From Dictyostelium discoideum (taxonomy: Eukaryota): a stretch of 64,000 bases of DNA. The stretch is taken from positions 5,152,001-5,216,000 of the forward strand of contig CM000153.2 in NCBI GenBank assembly GCA_000004695.1, given 5' to 3'. Both the position numbers and the translations under genes were made by a program. The notes below the pieces were generated by a model. The model saw nothing but the letters and a program-made list of their open reading frames with translations. It had not been told where the DNA came from and did not search any database. Below are positions 16,403-28,945 of the stretch, in pieces. The stretch's first letter is position 1, and every line of letters begins with the position of its first letter.

Positions 16403-16656
16403 GAAACAATATACAAATTAAATAACAGAGACCAATTAATAATCAACTTCAACACATCATGGCATAACCCGAACACTCCAAACCCAATTCCATTATAATA
16501 AAAAAAAAAAAAAAAAAAAAAAACAAGTAGTAGTAATCATAATATAACCAAAAATATCAACATATAACAATATAAAAATTTAAAAATTTAAAAATCTAAA
16601 AATTTAAAAATGTAATAAAATATAACAATACACCGCTTTTAGGTAAAAAAAAAAAA
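16403..16656 (+). mobile_element. ~254-bp poly(A)-terminated insertion flanked by a perfect 16-bp target-site duplication GGTTCAATTCTTTAAT (16387-16402 and 16657-16672). Candidate 5'-truncated TRE3-type (tRNA-downstream) retroelement 3' fragment.
   Basis: Perfect 16-bp direct repeats. The insert ends in A12 immediately before the second repeat copy and also has an internal A23 run at 16498-16520. The insert is A/C-rich on the plus strand. The insertion point is ~45 bp past the tRNA 3' end. Family identity is inferred from position. Confidence 0.4.
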
Positions 16657-17135
16657 GGTTCAATTCTTTAATTTTAAATCCAAGGTTTCATAGGTTTTTG
16701 TTACATAGTTGCACATGTTAACCACTATGCTGTGCCCATTTTTATGAGCTTAAAGATTACCCGTAGTCTAGAATCAAATCAAAAAAACCGCCAAAACCAA
16801 CCAAACACCCAAAAAAAAAAACTGGCGAACCTATTGGATGGATACAAAATTAACATAAAAAAAAATTCTCCCTCAAACAAATCAATAGAACCCGACTAAA
16901 CCACGATTAGCATTATTTTTAAAAATATAATCCATAAATAAACTTTTAGCTATTGTAAATTTATTCACTTAAATGGATAAACTCTAAAAAAAAAAATTAA
17001 AAAATAAAAGATAAAAAATTTGTATTACTTGAATTAATACTGTTACAGAAGAAATGTTTTATTAATTTTTATTTTTTATTTATTTTTATTTTTTTAATAA
17101 TTTTTTATCTTTTTATTATTTTTATAATTATTTCA

Positions 17136-17177
<42 letters not shown>

Positions 17178-17197
17178 AGGGCATTGGATAATTATTT

Positions 17198-18721
17198 TTA
17201 AGAACAATAATTATCCCAATTAAAATTAATAACATTTGAAAAGAGAGATTTAAAAAGTTGATAATTACAAAAGATATCATTACAGCCTGGTATTAAAATT
17301 GGTGATTCATTGTGTTCAACCAAAATTTTAAAATCATTTTCTCCACCACAATCATATAAAAACATTACTAAATTTGTAGAGTAAGGAACTATAACACTTG
17401 TTTTAAAATTTCTATTAATAATTTGATTTGAAGTTAAATTTGCAAATAAATGGTATTCATCTTTAAATAAACCCAATAAAGACATTAATGGTATTACAGT
17501 TTCTGAATGAGCAAATCTTAATATATTTTTTGGATATTTATTATTATCAATTGAAAATTCATCATTATTTTCTTCATCTTTATTATCATTATCACTATTA
17601 CTATTATTATTACTATTATTATTTAAATTAATTATTGAATCAAAATGATTAAAAATATCTTTTAATAATGGTGAAGAAATTTCATAATTAATTTTATTAC
17701 CATAACTACTTAACCAATAATCATCCAAATCTTTTGAATATTCTAAATCCAAAATATTTTGTTTATTTAATAGACTACACCAATGATTTGTAATATTTCC
17801 AATGGCAACATCATAAACACATGATAAAAATATTGTATTAATTATTGAATTTGAAAGTTCCCAATCATTGAGATTTGAATTTGGTATACCTAATCTTTTT
17901 TTAATTTCAATTCCAATTGATGGATATTTCATTTGTTTCCAAATTTCTCTTTCATTGTCATTAATTGATTGATCTCGTAAAGCATTGTTATATTTATCAC
18001 AATTTAAAAAGAAACTTAGTAAAATATCTTTATCAAGTGTTGAAGTTTCAATATGAACCGGTTGAAAATTATCACCCAAAACTCCAGTTCCTTCAAATAA
18101 TCCATAGGCGAAAGATGAAGCACTAACTCCAGTACGAGAAATAATAGTTGATGAAATCTTTGTAGTTTGTGGTTTATAATTTCCAAAATAATTTGGAAAT
18201 CTTTTTAAAAATCTTTTTGAGAGATGGTAATGTTCCAATTGGCCTTGAGTTAATAAATTTCCTGCGATTTCAATTTTATAAGGAACAGTGTAATTTTTTA
18301 ACCAACCAAATTCTCCATCATTTTCAATGTATTTATTAATTTTTAAAATTTCATTTTGTAATTTTTTCATTTTTTTAATAACAGATGCTTCTGGCATTCT
18401 TGAACCATGACGACCAATAAAATCAATTGAAATTAATTTACATTGTTGTTGTTGTTGTTTAAAATTATTATTATTATTTTCATCTTTTTTTATAAAATGA
18501 TTTGATTTATAATATGGTGTTTTAGTTGTTAAATGTTTAATTAAAAAATTAAAATCATAATTTTGATATTCTCCAAATGTTATTTCTTTTTGTTTTTGGA
18601 AAATATCATTATTAATTTTAATTTGATTAAAAACTTTTAAATTATTTTTTTCAATTTGGCACCATATTAAATTAAAATTTATTAATAAATAAATAAATAT
18701 TATTAAAAAAATAATTTTCAT
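17198..18721 (-). CDS. Secreted histidine acid phosphatase, MINPP (multiple inositol polyphosphate phosphatase)-like, single exon.
   Basis: Signal peptide MKIIFLIIFIYLLINFNLIWCQ. Catalytic RHGxRxP motif in IGRHGSRMPEASV. The C-terminal proton-donor motif reads HSETV, an HAE-type variant typical of the MINPP branch rather than the HD of classical acid phosphatases. Confidence 0.7.
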   Translation of the reverse strand: MKIIFLIIFIYLLINFNLIWCQIEKNNLKVFNQIKINNDIFQKQKEITFGEYQNYDFNFLIKHLTTKTPYYKSNHFIKKDENNNNNFKQQQQQCKLISIDFIGRHGSRMPEASVIKKMKKLQNEILKINKYIENDGEFGWLKNYTVPYKIEIAGNLLTQGQLEHYHLSKRFLKRFPNYFGNYKPQTTKISSTIISRTGVSASSFAYGLFEGTGVLGDNFQPVHIETSTLDKDILLSFFLNCDKYNNALRDQSINDNEREIWKQMKYPSIGIEIKKRLGIPNSNLNDWELSNSIINTIFLSCVYDVAIGNITNHWCSLLNKQNILDLEYSKDLDDYWLSSYGNKINYEISSPLLKDIFNHFDSIINLNNNSNNNSNSDNDNKDEENNDEFSIDNNKYPKNILRFAHSETVIPLMSLLGLFKDEYHLFANLTSNQIINRNFKTSVIVPYSTNLVMFLYDCGGENDFKILVEHNESPILIPGCNDIFCNYQLFKSLFSNVINFNWDNYCS

Positions 18722-18725
18722 TGTT

Positions 18726-18764
<39 letters not shown>

Positions 18765-19000
18765 ATATAATTTAAATAAATTAATAATTTAAAAAATTAT
18801 AAGATTCCAAAATTTTTTAAAAAAAAATTATTTAGAATTTTTTATTATATATTTTAAAATAGATATTTAAATGTAAAGTTATTTTTAAAAAATAAAATGG
18901 ACCACCATAAAAATTTTCAAGATATTAGTTTTAAATTAAAAAACAGGCATTTTTTTTTTTTTTTCCCTTTTAAAGTTACTAGATTTTTTATCTAAAAAAG

Positions 19001-19047
<47 letters not shown>

Positions 19048-19362
19048 AAAAATTAAAAAATAAAAACAATTCTCCATTTCCAAAGTTATTTTAATAAAAG
19101 CATGATGTAAAAAAAAAATTATCCGTTTTCAAAGATTTGTTTTTATTTTTATTGTGAATATATAATAAAAAAAAATAAAAAAAAATAAATAAAAAATTAA
19201 TAGTGACAATTTATAAAACAATTATATCTTTTTATCTTTTTTATTTTTTTTATTTTATTTATTTTATTTATTTATTTATTTATTTTATTACTTTCTTTTT
19301 TATTTTATTTATGTTTTTTTTTTTTTTTTTTTTTTATTTTTTATTATTTATTATTGTTATTA

Positions 19363-19593
19363 TTATTTTTGTTCTCTTAATTGTTTATATAAATTTGTAG
19401 TTATATCCAAACGTTTTTGAGCATTTTCGAATTTGGTATTAGCTTCGGCAAGGGAGGCTTGTAATTGTTTATTTTGATTTGAGATGACATCATAACGAGC
19501 TTTACCTTCATCGATTTGATCTTGAAGAGATTGAATATCATCAGCTTTAATTTCACCATTACCATTAGCATTACCATTTTCAGTGTTACTGTT

Positions 19594-19624
<31 letters not shown>

Positions 19625-22437
19625 TTAATAATATTATTTAAATCTTGAATTTGAGTTTTTAATTGATCGATTTCAGTTTGTTTTTCAAAAGTAACAGATA
19701 AGAACTCAGCGTTTTTATTTTCTAAATCTTGTTGTATTTGAGAAACCTTTGAATCTTGTTCAGATTGTTTAGAGGTAATTTGTTGTAACTCTTGATCCTT
19801 TGAAGTTAATTCATCTTTAACAGATTGTAACTCTTGATCTTTTGAAGATAATTGATCTTTAGTTGATTGTAAATCTGAATCTTTTGAGGATAATTGATCT
19901 TTAACTGATTGTAAATCTGAATCTTTGCTTGATAATTGATCTTTAATTGATTGTAATTCTGAATCTTTTGAAGATAATTGATCTTTAGATGATTGTAACT
20001 CTGAATCTTTAGTTGATAATTGATCTTTAATTGATTGTAATTCAGAATCTTTGCTTGATAATTGATCCTTAGTTGATTGTAACTCTGTATCTTTAGCGGA
20101 TAATTGATCAGTGGTTGAAGATTGACAAGATAATTGATCTTTAGCAGATTGTAACTCTTGATCTTTAGTTGATAATTGATCTTTGGTTGATTGTAACTCT
20201 TGATCTTTTGAAGATAATTGATCTTTAGTTGATTGTAATTCTTGATCTTTTGAAGATAATTGATCTTTAACAGATTGTAAATCAGATTCAATTGATTTAA
20301 TTTGAGTGTCTTTATTTGATAATTGTTCATCTTTTGAAGATAATTGATCTTTGGTTGATTGTAATTCTTGATCCTTTGAAGATAATTGATCCTTAACAGA
20401 TTGTAAATCAGATTCAATTGATTTAATTTGAGAGTCTTTATTTGATAATTGTTCATCCTTTGATTTTAATTCTGAATCCTTGGATAAAAGTTGATCTTTT
20501 ACACTTGATAATTCTGAATCAGTGTTTGATGATTGTGATGAGAGTTGTTCCTTAACACTTGATAACTCTGACTCTAAGCATTTCAATTGTTCATCTTTTG
20601 AAGATAACTCTGAATCTTTTGATTGTAATTGTTGTTGTAAATTGAGTTCAATAGATTTCAATTTTTCATCTTTTGACTCGTTATGTTCTGATTGTTGTTC
20701 AAGTTGAGATTTAACATCTTGTAATTGTTGAAGAGTTTGTTGTAAAGTGAGTTCAACAGATTTCAATTTTTGATCTTTTGATTCACTATCTTCAGATTGT
20801 TGTTCAAGTTGAGATTTAACATTTTGTAACTCTTGATCTTTTGATTGTAATTGTTGGAGGGTTTGTTGTAAATTGAGTTCAACAGATTTCAATTTTTCAT
20901 CTTTTGATTGACTATCTTCAGATTGTTGTTCAAGTAAAGCAGATTGTTTCTTTGAAGTCTCAAGTAACTCTGAATCCTTTGATTGTAATTGATTTTGGAG
21001 TTTTTCAAATTCAGATTGTAATTGGCTCAACTCGGTGATCTTTGATTGTAATGCTTGAGATTCAGTGGATTGATTAGAGGCGAGTTGTTGCTTCAATTGA
21101 CTGATTTCATTTTGTAAATTATTGGTGGTGGTTTGTTGTTCAGATTGTTTTGCCTCTAATTGGTCAACGAGTTTTTCAATTTGGAAATCTTTTTCATCAG
21201 TGATATTTTTATTCATTTTCTCGTACATCTCTAAACGTTCAAGCAATTCAGCTGTACGTTTCTTTTCGTCTTCGTAGGAACGAATCAATTCGGTCTCTTT
21301 GGTGGTGAAACCATTGGTGGCTCTGGTTAACTCTCCAATCTTGGTTTCTTTTTGTGATAATACATTGGTTAAATCATCGACTTTCTCTGTGAATGATGAT
21401 ACTTGTTGTTGAAGTATTACAATTTGTTGTTGATATTTTTGTACCATTATCTCCTTCTCTGCTGAAATATTTGAAAGTTCACTTTGTAATTCAGTGATCT
21501 CTTTCTTTAAATTGGTAGTAGTAGTAGTATTATTACCACCATTTAATGTATAATTATATTGTTGTAAATCATTAGTTGATTGATTAATTGGTGAATTTGA
21601 TTCTGGTGTTTTTTGTTGTGTGGTGGTTGATTTATTTAATTCGATTTGTTGTTCTAATCTCTTTATTTTCTCTAATAAAGTAGTTTCAATATTTTCTTTA
21701 TTGGTGATTTCTTTTTTGTGAGAATCATTCAATAAATTGATTCTAATACTTGATTGTTCTCTTTCTTTTTCAAGTTGATTCTTAATTTCATTGATACTGG
21801 ATTTAAGATTTGAAATTTTTTCAAATTCTGTTGGTGCTGTTTTAACTGTTTTCCAAGTACCATCATTAAAATTGGTTGGTTCTTCTTCTATAATGACATT
21901 TGTAGTGGTGGTGGTAGTATTTTTGATTGGTTGTTTTACTGGTGGTTGTTCAACTTTAGTTGCTTGTTTCTTTGGTGGTGGTTGTTCAACAACTTTCTTT
22001 GGTTCTGCTACTTTCTTTGGTTCCTCTACTTTCTTTGGTTGTTCGACAACTTTCTTTGGTTCTGCTGCTTTCTTTGGTGGTTGTTGTTTTTCAACAACTT
22101 TCTTTGGTTCCTCTACTTTCTTTGGTTGTTGTTCAGTGACAGCTGGTTTAACGACTACTGGTTCAACTACTTTTGGTGATTCAACCTTTACAGTTTCTGA
22201 TTTAACCTCAACTGGTTTGGATGGTTGTTCTTTCTTTTTCTTTTGAGTGGTTGTTTGTTTGGTTGGTTGTTGTTGTTGTTTTTTATTAGTTTTTGATTGT
22301 TTTGGTGTGTTGTTATTAATTGTTTGTTGTTTGGCTAATGCTCCATCAAATATACGTTTTGGTTTGACAACGAAAAATTGATAGAAAAAGTAACCTGCAA
22401 CACAAGCCACAACTGTTAAAACTAATGCTCCTATCAT
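19363..22437 (-). CDS. Membrane-anchored long coiled-coil protein. N-terminal TM helix, PKK/PKKVEEP repeat region, and ~25 tandem 14-aa (42-nt) repeats of the type LSSKDQELQSTKDQ. The start is probably the internal Met (MIGALVLTVV...), not the AT-rich upstream Met.
   Basis: ORF 19363..22521. The hydrophobic stretch MIGALVLTVVACVAGYFFYQFFVV is followed by KPKR. The heptad-rich sequence carries SKDSELQS/SKDQELQS tandem repeats, conserved at nucleotide level across 19800-20500. Confidence 0.6.
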
Positions 22438-22833
22438 CACTTTTTTTTTTTTTTTTTGGTGAATAAAAAAAAAATAAATAAAAAAAATAAAAAAATAAAA
22501 AAAAAGTAAAAATATTAACATTTGAATGAATTCTTTTTTAAAATATAAAAATTAACAAACCTACCTTTTTTTTTTTTTTTTAATTGTTATACTATATTTT
22601 ATTACTATTAATATTTGTCTATATTGTTTTTTTTTTTTTGTTTTTTTTTTTGTTTTTTTTTTTTTAATATTTTCAGTTCCCTCACAAATATTTATAAAAC
22701 TTTTTTTTTAAAAAAAAAAAAAAAAAAAAAAATTGGTTAGTGATTTAATTTAATTTAACCCAAATTAAAAATAAAAAAAAAAAAATAAAAATAAAAAAAA
22801 CAATTTTATAAAAAAAAAAAAAAAAAAAAAAAA

Positions 22834-22879
<46 letters not shown>

Positions 22880-23349
22880 TGTATCCTTTTTAAGGAGGAA
22901 AGTAAATTTCAATTTAAAGGAAAAAATTTATATTAAAAACAATTTTTTAAAATACACATAGGCCCTAGGGTTTTGAAAAAAATTATTATTGGGGTTTTTG
23001 TTTTTGGAAAAAAATAATCCCCTTTTTTCCCAAGATTTGTAAAACAAAGGGGTTTTTTTTTTTATTTTTTTTTTATTTTTAAAAAAAATAATAATAATAA
23101 TAATAATAAAATGGGGGAGGTAAAAAGGGTTTTTTTTTTTTTTTATTGGTTTTTTTTTTTTTTTTTTTTTTTTCCTTCCTAAAAAAAAAAAATTAAAATT
23201 AAAAATAAAAATAAAGATAAAATAAATAATGATTTAAAATACCTTACAATACCAATATCGAGTTGATAAACTTATGAATCCAATATATAAATATGAACAA
23301 TCAAAAATAATAACAAAAAAAAAAATAAAAAAAAAAAAAAATTTTAAAA

Positions 23350-23385
<36 letters not shown>

Positions 23386-23621
23386 CACATTTTTTTCATT
23401 TTTTTTTTTTTTTCATGTTTTTTTTTTATTTTTATAAAATTCCATCAATTTTTGAACTTCATAAAAAAAAAAAAAAAAAAAAAACACAAAACACAATTTA
23501 TTTAGATCATCAATATTTTAAAATTAGTTGAAAATTTGGTTTTTTAATATAACATGATTTAATAATTAAATAGAAAATCTAAAAACCTCGCAGTAAGTTA
23601 TTCTATAGTGGAGTTAATAGA

Positions 23622-23677
<56 letters not shown>

Positions 23678-23728
23678 TCTGTTAAATCTTATCTTTAATT
23701 TATATATATAGCTAAATAAATATAAAAC

Positions 23729-24130
23729 ATGGACAAACAAATAAGTAAAATAACAATAGAAAATGACTTTTATTCTGTTGAAAATGTAAGAGCAAATCCA
23801 CATAAACTATTTGTTTTTGGTGATAATAATGCCTCGCGTGGTAAAAAGGGTCAATCTATAATACGTGATTGTCCAAATTCACATGGAATACCAACAAAGA
23901 AGCATCCATCACTTCATCGATCATCGTTCTATACAGATAAAGAATTGAAAGATAATATCAAAAGAATTGATGAATCTATAGCCAAACTTAAAGAACGTTC
24001 ATCAGAATACCAAGAAATAGTGTTACCTGCTGCTGGTCTTGGAACTGGTCTTGCGCGTCTTCAAGAAAGTGCACCAAAAACTTTTGAACATTTACAAAAA
24101 GAATTAAATAAATTAAAACAAACAATTTAA
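23729..24130 (+). CDS. Small conserved hypothetical protein (133 aa) with a bacterial/phage-type motif.
   Basis: The motif reads [FV]FGDN-x-R-x-G-x-G-Q-x-RD-x-GIPTK in MDKQISKITIENDFYSVENVRANPHKLFVFGDNNASRGKKGQSIIRDCPNSHGIPTKKHP... It matches the pattern of a widespread prokaryotic family of unknown function, which I recall but cannot name with certainty. GC content is noticeably higher than in neighbouring genes, with cgt/gcg codons. Confidence 0.5.
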   Translation: MDKQISKITIENDFYSVENVRANPHKLFVFGDNNASRGKKGQSIIRDCPNSHGIPTKKHPSLHRSSFYTDKELKDNIKRIDESIAKLKERSSEYQEIVLPAAGLGTGLARLQESAPKTFEHLQKELNKLKQTI

Positions 24131-24657
24131 AAAATTAATTGCGTACACATTTATTAAAAATAGAATTATTTTATTTGTATTCTCATTGTGTATTAATACA
24201 CATTCTTCACCCCCTCGTAACTATTTCAAGAATTCTTTGTGAGTGTTTAAAATACGAGTAAACTCAAGACGTTCATTACCTTCAAATACATTAAGAAGAC
24301 AGGAAGTTTAAATTTTATATTTCTAATAGTTGATAATTTCTTTAATACACCCGAGATGTTGTTACAAATGTATGTTTTTTATGTGTGTTGGTTTTTGTGA
24401 AACATTTTTTTTTTTTTTCTTTTTTTTTTTTTTATTTTTTATTGGATTTAATTAAATTAATTCTTTTTTGGGGAAATGAAAAAAAAATAAAAATAAAAAA
24501 AAAAAAACTGAAAAATTAAAAATAAAAAATTAAAAATAAAAAATAAAAAATAAAAAATTAATGTTGCTTAGATAATCAAAAATATCATTTATTAATAAAC
24601 GGTTTATCGATTATCATATTTAAGGTGGGTTAATTTTGTAATGTAAACCATTTTTTT

Positions 24658-24712
<55 letters not shown>

Positions 24713-25437
24713 TACTTCTTTAATTTTTTTTTTATTTTTATTTTTTATTTTATTTTTTTATTTATTTTATTTTTTTAAACCATTAAAAAATTATTAGATA
24801 TAATTTTAAAAACAAATTATTATAAAATTTGTGCTGACCTTTATAAACCCAAATTTTTAATTATTTAATTTTTATTTTTTTTTATTTTTATTTTATTTTT
24901 TATAATTTTTTTTTATTTTTTTTTTTCAATATTGGAAAATTTTTTTTTTTTTTTTTCTTTTTTTCTCAAATTTCCACCACCTTATAAAACTCATTGTAAT
25001 TAATTAAATAACACTAAACCAGAATAATCTATTTTCATTTATTTTTTTCTATTTTTTTTTTTATTTTTTTTTATTTTTTTTATTTTTTTTATTTTTTTTT
25101 TTGTGTGCAATATACATTTTTTTTTTTATTGTTTTGAATTTTTTTTTTTTTTTCATCACCACAATACAACACAACTCACCAAATAAACACACCTTTTCTT
25201 TTTAATGCACATAATAATATCACTTTTTTAAATAACATTAAATCATTAACACATCAAAAATCAAACAAATCATTATTGAAAAAACTCAATTCATAATAAT
25301 ACTTGGTGGTATCCCTCACCTCATTTTCAAAATTTAAAAAAAAAAAAAAAAAAAAAATAAAAAAATAGTATTAAAGGAGATAAACTCCGCTTTGTAAATA
25401 TTGTAAATAAACTCAATTGTATATTAAGAACAAACCC

Positions 25438-25471
<34 letters not shown>

Positions 25472-25492
25472 GAAAAAGAAGAAGAAAAAAAA

Positions 25493-26949
25493 ATGATAGA
25501 CTCAGATACACAATCATCGTTATCGATTTTAATGATGTTAAAAACCAATACTGGTGGAAATACATCAATTATAAAGAATAGAAAGGATTCAGATATTAGT
25601 GATAGTAGTGGTGATGAAGATTATAGATCAAGTTCAAAATCACTTCAAAAACTTTTTATTGGTTTATCAGAAGATTTCACAGTAAGTTATAAATTAGTTT
25701 TTTTTTTTTTTTTTTTTTTTTAATAAAAAAATAATAATATTAATTTTATAATTTTTAGTGCTCAATTTGTTATGAATTATTTGAAAGACCAATTATATTA
25801 CCATGTAATCATAATTTTTGTAAGTCATGTATTGAGGATATGGTAATTGGACAAAAACAAATATTTCATTGTCCATTTTGTAGAACAGAGGTAAAGTTAA
25901 CTGAGAAAGGTGTTGATGGATTACCAGTAAATTCATTTTTATTTACAGCAGTGGAAAAAATGAAAAACGCCAATGCATTTTGTCCAAAGTTTTGTGATAA
26001 TTGTACATCTAAAAAGGTGACAAGAAAATGTGAGACCTGTTCGATATCCTTATGTAAGGCATGTGAGAGTAGCCATGTCGCAAAGAATGGGGGTCACAAA
26101 ACCATCTATTCCGATAGTCACATTGCAAGTGATTTCGATATTGAGACTCATATTAACAAGGATAGCGATATCGATCCACCAACCTATTTACCATTCACCA
26201 TCTCAAGATCACAATGTGTTCAATTATTCCAAAATTGGATTTCATCACTTTGGTTTGCTCCATCCGATCTCAAGGTTAATAAATCGGTGCGTTATATAAA
26301 GCCAATCTACATTCCCTATTGGATATACGAAGCACATACCACCACAAAATATAGCGCAAATGTTTCAACCGGTGGTTCGGGTGTTGTTGGTAGCATCCTC
26401 ACCACTAATCATCATCAACAACAACCAATCTATCATCATCAATTGGCTGGTAAGTTTGATTCTACCAATTGGACTCACAAGGTAAACACAGTTTCAAACA
26501 GATATAGACATGCAACAATTGCAAACACTAAACTAATCGATAAGGATCTATTAACTCAAGTTCAAACTTGGGAAATCAATAACATTCCATCCGTTGATCA
26601 ATCTCAACCTCCCAATCCAAAAATTCAACCTTTGGCCTTTCTCACTGATGAAGCCACTGCTTGGAAAAAGATTGTAGAGGCTAAAATCCTTCAAAAAGAT
26701 AGAGAAGTATGTGAAAATCGTATAAAACTTGGTTGTGGTGTTGGTGGTGTTGCAAAAGATATAGTCATTGAAACTAATCTTACTCGTGTCGCCTCTCAAA
26801 AGGTTTTCCTTCCAGTTTATTTCATTAAATATATCTATGATTCTAAATCTTATACTGTCATTGTAAATGCTCAAAACTCAAAAATCGTTGGTCATAGACC
26901 CTATGCTCAAGGTTTAAGTACAATGTTTAGAATGTTTAAACCAACTTAA
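25493..26949 (+). CDS. RING finger plus B-box zinc-finger (TRIM-like) protein. Two exons: 25493..25681 and 25759..26949.
   Basis: Exon 1 MIDSDTQSSL...SEDFT, then a GTAAGT donor at 25682 and a TTTTTAG acceptor at 25758. Exon 2 begins with the RING C3HC4 pattern CSICYELFERPIILPCNHNFCKSCIEDMVIGQKQIFHCPFCRT. The B-box-like module is CPKFCDNCTSKKVTRKCETCSISLCKACESSH. Confidence 0.6.
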
Positions 26950-27443
26950 AAAAAAAAAAATCAAAAAAAAAAAAAAAAATCAAAAAAAATCAAAATATTG
27001 GATTACTTAATCTTAAAATGTTATAAATTATAAATTATAAATATTAAATAATTACTAAAAAAAAAAAAAATAAAAAAAATAAAAAAAAAAATAATAATAA
27101 TAATAATAATAAAAATAATAATAATAATAAAAATAGCAATAAATCAATTGTATACTAACTAAACAATGTAAATAAGAAAAAATAAAACACAAATAGAAAA
27201 ATTACCAAAAATGGATTTTGTTTTTATTTTTATTTTTTTTTTTTTTTTTAATTTTATTTTATTTTTTTAATTTTTTATATTTTTACATATTTTAATAATT
27301 TTTTTTTTTTTTTTTTTTTTTTCCTTTTTTTCTCTTTATACATTTTTTTTTTATTTTTATTTTTATTTTTATTTTTTTTCCTTTGTTCACTAAAATATAA
27401 ATATAAACAACAAATGAATCAATGAATTACAGAAAAGCAAAAA

Positions 27444-28557
27444 ATGATGAGTTCAAAATTCTCAATATTTAATAATAGTTTCATTGGTAGTAGTGAAAAC
27501 AGTAGTAATAAAAATGGTCTTTATATTAATAAAAAAGCAGTTCTTTCACCCTCAACAAAAATTCTTTTATCAAAATCTACACCATCTCTTTCAAAAATAG
27601 TGCCTGCATTTTCATCAACAACAATACAACCAACAACAACATCAACAACAACAAATTTAACCAATGAAAAAGATAAAAGAAAATTAAATGAACTTAAAGA
27701 ATATGTAAAGGTAGCTTTGGATATTTTCTATCAACTTGGATATAATAATTCATTCAAAGTGTATGTATTTCAAAAATTAATATATTAGAATTTCAAAATC
27801 CAACTAATAAAAAAAAAAAAAAAATAAATAAATAAATAAATAAATTTTAGATTATCAAGAGAATCTGGTTTTTATTTTGATTTAAAATTATTTAAAAAAT
27901 ATATTGAAGTTGGTAATTTTGAGGAGAGTGAAAAATATTTATTATCATATTTTTATAGTGGGAATAATAATAATAAAGATAACATTTTCAACATTAAAAA
28001 TGATGATACAGTTAATGAAGATTCAATAAATTATATATTATTTCAATTGTATTTGCATCATTTCATTGAACAATTAGAATCAAAAAACCTTTCAGAAGCC
28101 GAAAAAATATTGAATGAAAAATTAAGAAAGGTTTTAAAAAGTTACAAACATATAAATAATTTGGTTAAATTATTACATGTCGAGGATTTTAGAAAAGAAA
28201 AACAATATAAATTCTTTGATGGTATATATTCAAAAAACAGAGAGAATCTGTATAATAATTTAATACAATCACTTAAGGAATTACCCGATTTCTCTTTTGA
28301 AGATAAAATTTATTTAACAAAACAGTATGTATTATTAATACTTATTTTATACTAATTTTATACTAATCTAATAATAATTTTAATAAGTGAATAATATATT
28401 AATAGCTATTTTTTTTTTTTTTTTCATTCTCACTAGAAATACAATCCCAAAAAGTTTTTGTTGTAATTGTAGTTGCAATAAATGCATATCATTAAAATTT
28501 GGAAGTAATAATAATAATAATAGTAATAATAATAACAATAACAAAAGTGGTAGTAGT

Positions 28558-28634
<77 letters not shown>

Positions 28635-28795
28635 CGACAACAAAACAGAATTGAGAGTCCCTGGCTCAACAGTCAAATCTTCAGCCTTTAGGCGTCCAAC
28701 ACCGACATTCTCTCAAACCAAACATCAAAATTCACAAGAAAACCAAATAAACAAACCTTTTGAACGTGATTTAAAAAATGGACTTGATAATAATG

Positions 28796-28874
<79 letters not shown>

Positions 28875-28905
28875 TAATAACAATAATAATAACAATAATA
28901 ATAAC

Positions 28906-28945
<40 letters not shown>

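Noticed and set aside
19806-22246. Internal ORFs on both strands within the coiled-coil gene (19806..20456, 20522..20707, 21791..22246, 21931..22179).
   Set aside because: They are alternative-frame or antisense readings of the 42-nt tandem repeat and the PKK repeat region. They have no start context and low-complexity translations.
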